Of a stretch of DNA of 24,150 nt, positions 16,951 through 24,150 are shown one piece after another (the stretch's first letter is position 1; each line of letters opens with the position of its first letter). Both the position numbers and the translations under genes were made by a program. Source of the stretch: Microgenomates group bacterium (GTDB lineage Bacteria > Patescibacteriota > Microgenomatia > UBA8517); NCBI GenBank assembly GCA_049678105.1, contig JBAUDN010000011.1, positions 1-24,150 of the forward strand. The letters run 5' to 3'. The notes beneath the pieces are model-generated. The model searched no databases, was not told where the DNA came from, and saw only the letters and a list, made by a program, of their open reading frames with translations.

Positions 16951-19038
16951 ATGGATAAAAGTTACAATCATAGGCTTTACGAAGAAAAAATATACAAGCA
17001 TTGGGAAACTTCAGGGGCATTCATACCTAAAATTGACAAAAAGAAAAACCCCTTTACGATCATCATGCCTCCCCCCAATGCCAGTGACAATCTTCATATT
17101 GGTCACACTCGTTTTGTAACGATAGAGGACATTTTAACTCGCTATCACAGAATGAAGGGTGAGCCCACCCTTTGGCTCCCTGGTGCTGACCATGCCGGTA
17201 TTGAGACACAATATGTGTTTGAGAAAAAGCTTCGCCAGGAGGGCAAAAGCCGCTTTGATTACGATCGAGAAACTCTTTACAAGATGATCTGGGATTACAC
17301 CATGAAATACAAACAGAATACGGAGGATCAACTTAGAGCTCTTGGCGCATCTTGTGATTGGACAAGAAACAAATTCACCCTTGACCCCGACATAATTAAA
17401 ATTGTCTATAAAACATTCAAAAAATTATATGATGACGGCCTCATCTATCGGGGAGAAAGAATTGTTAATTACTGTCCTCGCTGTGGAACATCTTTTTCGC
17501 AGTTAGAGGTAAATTATATTGAGCGAGATGATAATTTCTACTACCTTGACTACGGCAGTTTAACCATTGCCACCACCAGGCCTGAAACAATTTTTGCTGA
17601 TGTAGCTGTTGCCGTTAACCCCAAGGATGATAGATATAAAAAATTGACAGGGAAAATGGCAAAATTGCCGTTAATTAACCGCGAACTTCCTGTCATTGCC
17701 GATAGATTGGTTGATCCTGAATTTGGGACAGGGGCTCTTAAAGTCACCCCTGGCCATGATGCAACCGATTTTGAAATAGGAGAAAAACACAATCTCTCAA
17801 GAATCTCTGTTATCGATAAAGATGGCCGCATGATCAACACGCCAGAAAAGTACATTGGCATGAAAACTGAAAAGGCAAGAAAGGTTGTTGTTGCAGATTT
17901 GAAACAAGCTGGAAAAATCAAGAAGATTGAAAAAATCCATCACATTGTTGGCGTTTGCTATAGAGATAAAGGACTGATTGAACCAATACTTTCAAAGCAA
18001 TGGTTTATTAAAGTAAAACCTTTATCTAAAAAGGCTTTTGGAGCAATAAGAGACGGCAAGGTCAAATTCGCAGCCAAACGATATGAGAAAATTGCAAAAC
18101 ATTGGTTAAAAAACCTAAAAGATTGGAACATCAGCAGGCAAATTGTTTGGGGAATGAGAATCCCAGCCTGGCGATGCGAAAAATGTCTTGAATGGACAAT
18201 CACCGATGGCAAAAAACCTAAAAAGTGTTCCTCTTGCGGTCAAACAAAACTAACCCAAGATGTGGACACTTTTGACACATGGTTTTCCTCCAGCCAATGG
18301 CCATTTGCAACTCTTAAAACAACGAAAAAGGGTGATCTTGAATACTTCTACCCCACCTCTATTATGGAAACTGCCTACGACATAATTCCCTTTTGGGTCA
18401 TACGAATGATAATGCTTGGGATTTATAAAACAGGTAATGTCCCCTTTAAAGAAGTAGTTATACATGGATTAATGAGAGACAAAGAAGGACAGAAAATAAG
18501 TAAATCTAAAGGAAATGTGATCGACCCGATTGACATGGCCCAAAAATACGGGGCCGATGCCTTAAGGATGGCTATTGTCTGGGGAGCTTTGGTTGAAAAC
18601 GATATTTCTCTTTCCGAAGACAATGTTCGAGGACAACGAAACTTTGCCAATAAAATATGGAATGTCGCTCGTTTCATCTTGATGGAACCTAAGGGTAAAA
18701 GAAGAAAAAGAAATGAAGATGATAATGAAATAGTCAAGGATTTAAAGAAAACAATAAGAAAAGTCTCCCGCCTTATGGATAAATATCGCCTAAATGAAGC
18801 AGCAGAGGAAATCTATAGCTTTGTCTGGAACAGTTTTGCAAATGACTATCTTGAAAAGACAAAGAATAGACGAGCGGATGCCCAGTGGACACTTGAATAT
18901 GTACTCAAGGAATCGCTAAAACTTCTTCACCCATTTATGCCTTTTGTCACTGAAGTAATATGGTCCTTTGGCATGGCTCAGGATAAACCTTATTTTGACT
19001 CCCCTATGCTTATCTCCGCCCCCTGGCCAAAAGGTTAA
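16951..19038 (+). CDS. valS: Valine--tRNA ligase (short form)
   Basis: PPPN...LHIGH, PG.DHAGI.TQ, TTRPET, GTGALKVTPGHD, DWNISRQ..WG, DTWFSS, KISKSKGN, YGADALR and LLHPFMPF.TE. Confidence 0.97.
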   Translation: MDKSYNHRLYEEKIYKHWETSGAFIPKIDKKKNPFTIIMPPPNASDNLHIGHTRFVTIEDILTRYHRMKGEPTLWLPGADHAGIETQYVFEKKLRQEGKSRFDYDRETLYKMIWDYTMKYKQNTEDQLRALGASCDWTRNKFTLDPDIIKIVYKTFKKLYDDGLIYRGERIVNYCPRCGTSFSQLEVNYIERDDNFYYLDYGSLTIATTRPETIFADVAVAVNPKDDRYKKLTGKMAKLPLINRELPVIADRLVDPEFGTGALKVTPGHDATDFEIGEKHNLSRISVIDKDGRMINTPEKYIGMKTEKARKVVVADLKQAGKIKKIEKIHHIVGVCYRDKGLIEPILSKQWFIKVKPLSKKAFGAIRDGKVKFAAKRYEKIAKHWLKNLKDWNISRQIVWGMRIPAWRCEKCLEWTITDGKKPKKCSSCGQTKLTQDVDTFDTWFSSSQWPFATLKTTKKGDLEYFYPTSIMETAYDIIPFWVIRMIMLGIYKTGNVPFKEVVIHGLMRDKEGQKISKSKGNVIDPIDMAQKYGADALRMAIVWGALVENDISLSEDNVRGQRNFANKIWNVARFILMEPKGKRRKRNEDDNEIVKDLKKTIRKVSRLMDKYRLNEAAEEIYSFVWNSFANDYLEKTKNRRADAQWTLEYVLKESLKLLHPFMPFVTEVIWSFGMAQDKPYFDSPMLISAPWPKG
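18964..18990 (+). repeat. Possible REP-like palindromic unit inserted in frame in valS
   Basis: TCCTTTGGCATGGCTCAGGATAAACCT (SFGMAQDKP) can fold as TCCT/AGGA plus GGC/GCT. It resembles the CTTCGAC...GCTCAGG dispersed element I recall from other genomes. Single clear copy in this window. Confidence 0.45.
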
Positions 19039-19316
19039 AGAAAATATATTCCAACGCCAATTAAGGCTAATAGCAAAAATCCAACCCCAACCCAGAGAAT
19101 GATATCTGATTTGTTTTTTATAGGCGGTGTGGTTTCAGAAGGAAAACTTGGTTGAGGGGGTACGTTTTCAGGAACTAATTGTTGAGGCGGAACCTGTGTT
19201 TGTGCTTCAACGGTAGCTGTCTGGGATTGTAACTCAATGTTCTCGAGTTCCATTTCTAGTTGTTCTAATTTTTGTTTATTTGCTCCCCCTTGATTAGTTG
19301 GATTGTTTTCATCCAT
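19035..19316 (-). CDS. Small Gln/Pro-rich protein with C-terminal TM helix
   Basis: MDENNPTN... from ATG 19316: short coiled segment, PQ-rich linker, terminal hydrophobic helix. Its stop overlaps the valS stop (TTAA). Confidence 0.7.
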   Translation of the reverse strand: MDENNPTNQGGANKQKLEQLEMELENIELQSQTATVEAQTQVPPQQLVPENVPPQPSFPSETTPPIKNKSDIILWVGVGFLLLALIGVGIYFL

Positions 19317-19325
19317 ACTAGTTTT

Positions 19326-19335
19326 ACTATATAAC
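19326..19335. promoter_or_regulatory. Putative bidirectional -10 core (TATAGT on -, TATAAC on +)
   Basis: ACTATATAAC in a 27-bp divergent gap, 9 nt and 8 nt from the two ATGs. Confidence 0.45.
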
Positions 19336-19343
19336 AAAATTAG

Positions 19344-19679
19344 ATGCCCAAACAAACTGCCGTTTACCTCGTCTCTCTCCTTGCAACAATAACAGTCCTC
19401 GTACTTTCTACCTACAATCTAGAAACTTATTTACAAAAAGATAAAGTTTTGGGTGCTGAGGCCAACATTGCTCAAATCGAACCCGAACAGATCTTTTGGG
19501 AAAACTTTCTGCAAGAAAATCATGGTTATTTTGAGGGCTGGATTGAATTGGCAAAAATAGCTTATGAACTTGGGGATAAAGATTATGCAATCGAGGCACT
19601 AAACTCAGCAAAAGCTATAAATCCTAATTCAGATAAAATCGAGAGTTTGGAGAAGGAACTAAGTCTTTTTGGCCTCTGA
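19344..19679 (+). CDS. Small membrane-anchored TPR-containing protein
   Basis: N-terminal TM, then a TPR-like helix pair GWIELAKIAYELGDKDYAIEALNSAKAINPN. Confidence 0.7.
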   Translation: MPKQTAVYLVSLLATITVLVLSTYNLETYLQKDKVLGAEANIAQIEPEQIFWENFLQENHGYFEGWIELAKIAYELGDKDYAIEALNSAKAINPNSDKIESLEKELSLFGL

Positions 19680-20390
19680 GGGCTTTGTTTCTTTCTTTTC
19701 TTCTTTTACTTCCTTCTTCTCCTCTTCCTTAACCTTAGGCTTCTCTTCACCTTCAACAGCCGCTTCCTCTGCTGGTACAGCCTCTTCTTCCTCTACCACT
19801 TCTTCTGTGGGAGGTGGTGCAACTTCTTCCTCTTTCCTAGGAGGCTCCACCTTAATAAGAATTTGCTTAGGATCTGACTTAATCTTCATTTTTTTGCTCT
19901 TTACAGGCAAGTCCTTCACCGTTACCGCTTGGTCTACTTCCGCAAGTTTGGAAAGGTCAATCTCAAACTTCTCTGGAAGATCTGCGGGTAAAGCCTCGAT
20001 CTCAACTTCGTTAATATATTGAACCACAGTTCCAAGCCCTTGCTTTTCTGCAGGAGATTCCCCTATTAATTCCAGTGGAACCGCTGCAACAACTTTTTCT
20101 TTAAGATCAACCTGAAGAAAATCTACATGAAGAGGCGCATCGCTTACCGGATCAACTTGTACATTGTGAATTAGGGATGGTCTTTTCTGTTTTCCTAAAG
20201 CAAGCTCAACAATACCAGTTTCCCCTGCTTCTTTATATACTTTCTCAAAATCCTTTTGCGGAAACTGGATGGCTAGAGATTTAACCTTCTTGCCATAAAT
20301 ATTTGCAGGCAATACACCTTCATTTCTTAAAGTTTTTACCTTCCTACCAAAAACTTTTCTTTTTTCTGCTTTTAGAGTGTGTTTTTGCAT
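19659..20390 (-). CDS. rplY: 50S ribosomal protein L25/Ctc (TL5 type) with acidic tail
   Basis: LR..G.LPANIYG, VQ.DPV....LHVDF, VPL.L.GESPA, EALP.DLP and a Glu/Lys-rich C-terminus. Confidence 0.96.
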   Translation of the reverse strand: MQKHTLKAEKRKVFGRKVKTLRNEGVLPANIYGKKVKSLAIQFPQKDFEKVYKEAGETGIVELALGKQKRPSLIHNVQVDPVSDAPLHVDFLQVDLKEKVVAAVPLELIGESPAEKQGLGTVVQYINEVEIEALPADLPEKFEIDLSKLAEVDQAVTVKDLPVKSKKMKIKSDPKQILIKVEPPRKEEEVAPPPTEEVVEEEEAVPAEEAAVEGEEKPKVKEEEKKEVKEEKKETKPSEAKKT

Positions 20391-20402
20391 TAATGTTGTT
20401 TA

Positions 20403-23126
20403 TTACCAAAAAATACGAGAGGAAAAATCTCTCGCTAAATTCGTATTATAGCCAAGGTCCCCTTCTGCGGTCAAGGAAAATGTAGGTGAGATTGTACTTT
20501 GGAGTTGTTCGGGCAAAACAAATTTAAGACTAATTGGATCAGCTATTGTACCCGCCTGCTTTCTCCAATACAGCCTGTACTCCCCCGCTTCATTAAAGGA
20601 TAGCTCCGAGCTCTCCTCCCAAACAAAAGTTACACTTTTTGACTGACCCGGGCCTACCTCAATCAAAACACCGGCTTCTTTTCTTGCTCTTATTTCTTCT
20701 ATTTCTGGAGCAACAAACTCTTTTCCAGTAGAATCAAATATCTCAATATCAGAGAATAAACTGTCCTGGGGGGCCAACACTCTTAGATAACTTTTATATC
20801 TCGCATCACTTCCTAAGGCTGGATTTGCTTCATTATCAAGAAAAACTGTTAAATGCCTTTTAATAGAGCCTTCCTCCAAAATAACAGCTAAAGAAGCCTG
20901 TCTTTCAACGGAATAGTTTGCTTTATTCACTCCGATATTGGCATCAACAATTCCTAACCAATCGGAAAAACAGTTACCAGAGCAAACTGGCTGATAAACT
21001 CCCCCATCCCAACCCACATCAGAGAATGCCCTTTGCACCTTTCTGTCATGGAGAAAAACTTGAATATGCTTTTCTTCTAAACTATCAAAAATTGTCTTTC
21101 CTACTTTGTAATAATCTTTTATATGTAGATTGATAAGCTGAGCCAAGAGCTCACGGGATAATGCAGTAAGAAAGGTGGCTTTTTTTTGGGAACCTGGGAA
21201 AAAATCTTTTTCCACTTCGTACTGGGTTACTTCGTATAGATTGTTGCTGTCAACTTCTTTATCAAAATCTGAAATATAAAGAGGCCCTATTCCAGCAACT
21301 AGCCTCCTTGCCACCTCAAGATCAACACCAATAACTCCATCAACACTTTCATCAATCTCTTTTTCTAAAAACCACTCAGATATTGCTGCTGAAGTAGGAA
21401 AATCAGGATCCCAGTTAGAATCTCTTAAAAACCAGCTTGCTTCACCCAAGTATTCTTTGATGGGTACAGGCGGCTCAACATGCCCTCTTAGTTGTCCGTC
21501 TGCCGTATAAACATCCAGAACTCTCACATCAATCAATCTTCCTGCCTCAAAACTCACCAACGCAAAAGAGCCTATAAATCCTCCTGTTGGCCTAAGCTCC
21601 ATGTTGTTTTGAAACAAAATTAAATAGCTTGTGGCTTTTTCAGCTCCCAAAACAACAGGTAATGATTCTGCAATCTTTTTACCTATCAAAACTTTTTGTC
21701 TTAAAGCGGGGAGATCAAGGTTGTTTTTTAACAACACCTCTGATATTTTCCTTGATATACCAACTTCGTCTTCAAGTTCAGATTGTAAAAACCCTATCTC
21801 CCTGTAGGCAAAATCTAGCTCTAAGGCAATTTTTTCTGAATAATAGCCCTGTTCATAACTTGCGTCTCCTAGAATCTTTTGGGCCAATTCTGTTGAATAT
21901 TCTGAAACAAGGATTGCCCGCTTGCCCAAATGCGACAATCTTTGTAAAAGTGAGGATGTGTAAACAACGGGCTTAAACAATTGCCCTAAAACTGGCGTTC
22001 GTGAGAATATTTCTCCCTCTTTGTAAACAAAACCAGAGGATATGGAAGATATTGAAAAAACAATCTTTGCTAAGGATAAATTCCCGGCAGAAATTTGTTT
22101 TTTTGCAACAAAAAGTGAAGACGAACTTATAATCAGAAGGGCTGGGTTTATCAAAAGAAATGCAATAAGAAAAACAACTCCCCAAACCCACTTTTTCGGA
22201 GTAGTTTTGATTTTAGGAGTTTTCACTTGTAGCTTAAGTTTGCTTACTTTTTGAGTAAAAGTCTTTTGATGGTCAATCTTTACTTGTGGCTGGTATTTGC
22301 TAAACCAATCAATCGTTTCTTTTAGTGCTTTTTTAAAGTTTGTCTTTAAATTAATCCCACGATCAACATCTGGTTTTATAAATTCTCTATACTTGCCACC
22401 AACAATAACGGATGTAGCAGGTTTTATCTCCTTAAAGACCTCGGCAAGCTTCTCAGAAGACATCTTTTCCGAAAAAACAAGGGTTGTCTCTCCGATATTT
22501 CCAAAAGAGAAAAGATTCCTAACTAGCTCCTTTGCCGCATCGGCAATAAAAGTGGGATATAAGTCTTCTTCTTGTCTTGGAATAGTTACTGACATTTTTA
22601 TTAAAAAATCTTTTATCGCTCTCGTAACCGTGCTTTCTTTCGCCAAGGACATTCTCGGCCCAAATAAATCCCCCAAACATACCAAACCAGCCGTTAATCC
22701 TTCCCTCTTTAAAGCATTCTCTCCTAAGGTATGTAATTTATTCTCATACTCCCCTTGGTAATATGGTAGTATCACCAATATTTTTATTGAATATTCCTCT
22801 GCAATTCTAAGGGCAAACTCTAATCTTCTCTTTTCTCTCAAGAATTTTTTTTGATCAGCAATCTTTTCTTCGTCTATGTGTAAAAACACAACATAATTAA
22901 AATTCTTGTCTGTTTTTTTTGAAAGACTCTTTACAATCTCTATCGATTTGTTTCCTTTTAGGTGTACGGAGCATTCTTGCCATGCATTTACATCGTCCGC
23001 TATTATCTTTACTCTGGCGAAACTTGCAATAAGAGTCTCAACAAAGGCCATTGCCAAAGTGGAAGGGTTGGCAAAAAGAACTACAATAGGTCTTTGGGCA
23101 AACGAAAGAATAGAAGAATCTCGCAT
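20403..23126 (-). CDS. DUF4012 domain protein with N-terminal degenerate NAD-dependent epimerase-like domain
   Basis: YLILFQNNMELRPTGGF, DVY.ADGQL, RDSNWDPDFP.SA, DGVIGVD and NIGVNKAN (DUF4012-type). N-terminal GDLFGP, PTFIADAA and ALKETIDWF resemble extended-SDR elements. A central TM separates the two regions. Confidence 0.8.
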   Translation of the reverse strand: MRDSSILSFAQRPIVVLFANPSTLAMAFVETLIASFARVKIIADDVNAWQECSVHLKGNKSIEIVKSLSKKTDKNFNYVVFLHIDEEKIADQKKFLREKRRLEFALRIAEEYSIKILVILPYYQGEYENKLHTLGENALKREGLTAGLVCLGDLFGPRMSLAKESTVTRAIKDFLIKMSVTIPRQEEDLYPTFIADAAKELVRNLFSFGNIGETTLVFSEKMSSEKLAEVFKEIKPATSVIVGGKYREFIKPDVDRGINLKTNFKKALKETIDWFSKYQPQVKIDHQKTFTQKVSKLKLQVKTPKIKTTPKKWVWGVVFLIAFLLINPALLIISSSSLFVAKKQISAGNLSLAKIVFSISSISSGFVYKEGEIFSRTPVLGQLFKPVVYTSSLLQRLSHLGKRAILVSEYSTELAQKILGDASYEQGYYSEKIALELDFAYREIGFLQSELEDEVGISRKISEVLLKNNLDLPALRQKVLIGKKIAESLPVVLGAEKATSYLILFQNNMELRPTGGFIGSFALVSFEAGRLIDVRVLDVYTADGQLRGHVEPPVPIKEYLGEASWFLRDSNWDPDFPTSAAISEWFLEKEIDESVDGVIGVDLEVARRLVAGIGPLYISDFDKEVDSNNLYEVTQYEVEKDFFPGSQKKATFLTALSRELLAQLINLHIKDYYKVGKTIFDSLEEKHIQVFLHDRKVQRAFSDVGWDGGVYQPVCSGNCFSDWLGIVDANIGVNKANYSVERQASLAVILEEGSIKRHLTVFLDNEANPALGSDARYKSYLRVLAPQDSLFSDIEIFDSTGKEFVAPEIEEIRARKEAGVLIEVGPGQSKSVTFVWEESSELSFNEAGEYRLYWRKQAGTIADPISLKFVLPEQLQSTISPTFSLTAEGDLGYNTNLARDFSSRIFW
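20445..20474 (-). promoter_or_regulatory. Putative rplY promoter embedded in the 3' end of the DUF4012 gene
   Basis: TTGACC (20474-20469)-18 nt-TATAAT (20450-20445). Confidence 0.6.
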
Positions 23127-23136
23127 ATCATTTAAT

Positions 23137-23165
23137 ATGCTAAGTCAATTAGCGCAAGTTTTCAA
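23137..23165 (-). promoter_or_regulatory. Putative promoter of the DUF4012 gene
   Basis: TTGAAA-17 nt-TAGCAT, ending 10 nt before the ATG. Confidence 0.55.
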
Positions 23166-23268
23166 TTCACTTTAATCAATTAAAGTACTTTTCATCACGG
23201 GAAATGTTTTCTTTTCAAGTGCCAGGTGTTTTGCAAAATTCAAAAATAAATTTTGGAACGTGAAATTT

Positions 23269-23691
23269 TTAAGTGTTTCGGTCCAGTTCTTTATTGACTA
23301 AAAAATCGGCGAGTCGATTTTTACTTCGAGGAGACCATTTATAAAAAATTTTAAAAGGCAATTGTGATTCCAATTTTTTTGCCGTCAAAAAAAGAGTCTT
23401 TAATTTAGAGTTTTTGATTTTGTAAAGACCCGACATCTGTTTTGTAACCAGTTCTGAATCAAGATTGACAATGACGGACTGTCTTACGGAAAAGCGTCCT
23501 TTCTCTGATAGCCAAGTCAGCGCAAGGATTACTGCTTCATACTCGGCCACATTGTTTGTTGCATGACCCAGATATTTTGCCTGTTTATGAAGAACCTTTC
23601 CGTTGCTGACTACAACAAAAGCGCCAGCCGATGGACCGGGATTTCCTCGTGCCCCTCCATCGCAATATATAGATATTGTTTTTTCTCCCAT
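23269..23691 (-). CDS. rnhA: Ribonuclease HI family protein
   Basis: YCDGGARGNPGP, TNNVAEYEA, DSELV and N.LADFL (DEDD tetrad). Start ATG 23691 lies 7 nt after TGaTAAACT. Confidence 0.92.
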   Translation of the reverse strand: MGEKTISIYCDGGARGNPGPSAGAFVVVSNGKVLHKQAKYLGHATNNVAEYEAVILALTWLSEKGRFSVRQSVIVNLDSELVTKQMSGLYKIKNSKLKTLFLTAKKLESQLPFKIFYKWSPRSKNRLADFLVNKELDRNT

Positions 23692-23696
23692 GTTTG

Positions 23697-24149
23697 TTAG
23701 TTTATCACAACGCCTCTTCCTTCTTTTACCAAAAGACCTAAAACCAAAGCAAAAAGAAGTTGTGTTTGTTGGAGAGTTAACCAATAATGATCAATAAAGC
23801 CAGTGAGAACGATTAGTAAAAGAGCAATAGACAATATCTTTGTTCTCTTTTGAAACAAACCTTTTTTTGCAACCAAACATAAAGTCGCCGCGAAAGCAAA
23901 AAGTCCTATCAATCCTGTTTCCGCGGAAACGAGTAAAAATATATTATGTACTGGCTGAAACCACCAAAAGACCAGCGGAGCATCTCCCCTTTTCGCTAAC
24001 TCCAAAATAAAATTATTGGCTCCGATTCCGACAATAGGTTTCTCGGCTGTCATTAAACCGGCAACTCGTGCAAGAGAAAGTCTTTTGTGCACCTCCTCCT
24101 CATATCTCAGCGAGTCTATATGTAAATTGTCCAACAACACAGGTAGAAG
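23697..24149 (-). CDS. O-antigen ligase / Wzy_C family protein, 3' part
   Basis: P..GIG.NNF, QPVHNIFLL..AETG.IG and DHYW. The frame is open to the window end. Confidence 0.85.
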   Translation of the reverse strand, partial: LLPVLLDNLHIDSLRYEEEVHKRLSLARVAGLMTAEKPIVGIGANNFILELAKRGDAPLVFWWFQPVHNIFLLVSAETGLIGLFAFAATLCLVAKKGLFQKRTKILSIALLLIVLTGFIDHYWLTLQQTQLLFALVLGLLVKEGRGVVIN

Positions 24150-24150
24150 C

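Noticed and set aside
19680..19835. Repetitive purine-rich tract in rplY
   Set aside because: It encodes the ordinary Glu/Lys-rich tail of Ctc-type L25 and is not a DNA repeat array.
1..24150. CRISPR array, transposon, prophage, retron or CBASS-type defence system (NTase, Nudix and RNase H considered)
   Set aside because: No spaced direct repeats, reverse transcriptase, transposase or effector genes; these genes are dispersed among housekeeping loci.

Overview
Gene-dense, AT-rich bacterial chromosome segment. TGA is used as stop, so standard code 11 applies. Gene content and style (DUF4012, PEGA-SH3, VanW, orphan solute-binding protein, short ValRS, almost no Shine-Dalgarno sites) suggest a Patescibacteria/CPR Microgenomates-type genome; this is inference. 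Left to right: a partial ASCH gene missed by the ORF track; a five-gene surface-glycosylation operon (two GT-C transferases, a small membrane protein, a divergent WecA/TagO-like enzyme and a UbiA-family polyprenyl-phosphate phosphoribosyltransferase); PEGA-SH3; tRNA-Cys; M23 peptidase; Nudix; a small hypothetical; groEL and groES; a DUF1704/MATCAP-like peptidase; a nucleotidyltransferase; a solute-binding protein; VanW; tsaD; valS; two small membrane proteins; rplY; a pseudo-epimerase-DUF4012 fusion; RNase HI; and a partial O-antigen ligase. I saw no CRISPR array, integrase, transposase, prophage or recognisable defence system. The most notable observations are: (1) a near-perfect CIRCE with no heat-shock gene behind it, facing the groESL CIRCE across a 3.7-kb segment; (2) a recurring 10-bp back-to-back -10 core between three divergent gene pairs, plus widespread leaderless-type starts; (3) a WecA-like enzyme with substituted catalytic aspartates in a putative polyprenyl-pentose glycosylation operon; (4) structured promoter-proximal leaders before the M23 gene and rplY; (5) a REP-like in-frame insertion in valS. 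All family assignments come from motif recognition, not database searches.
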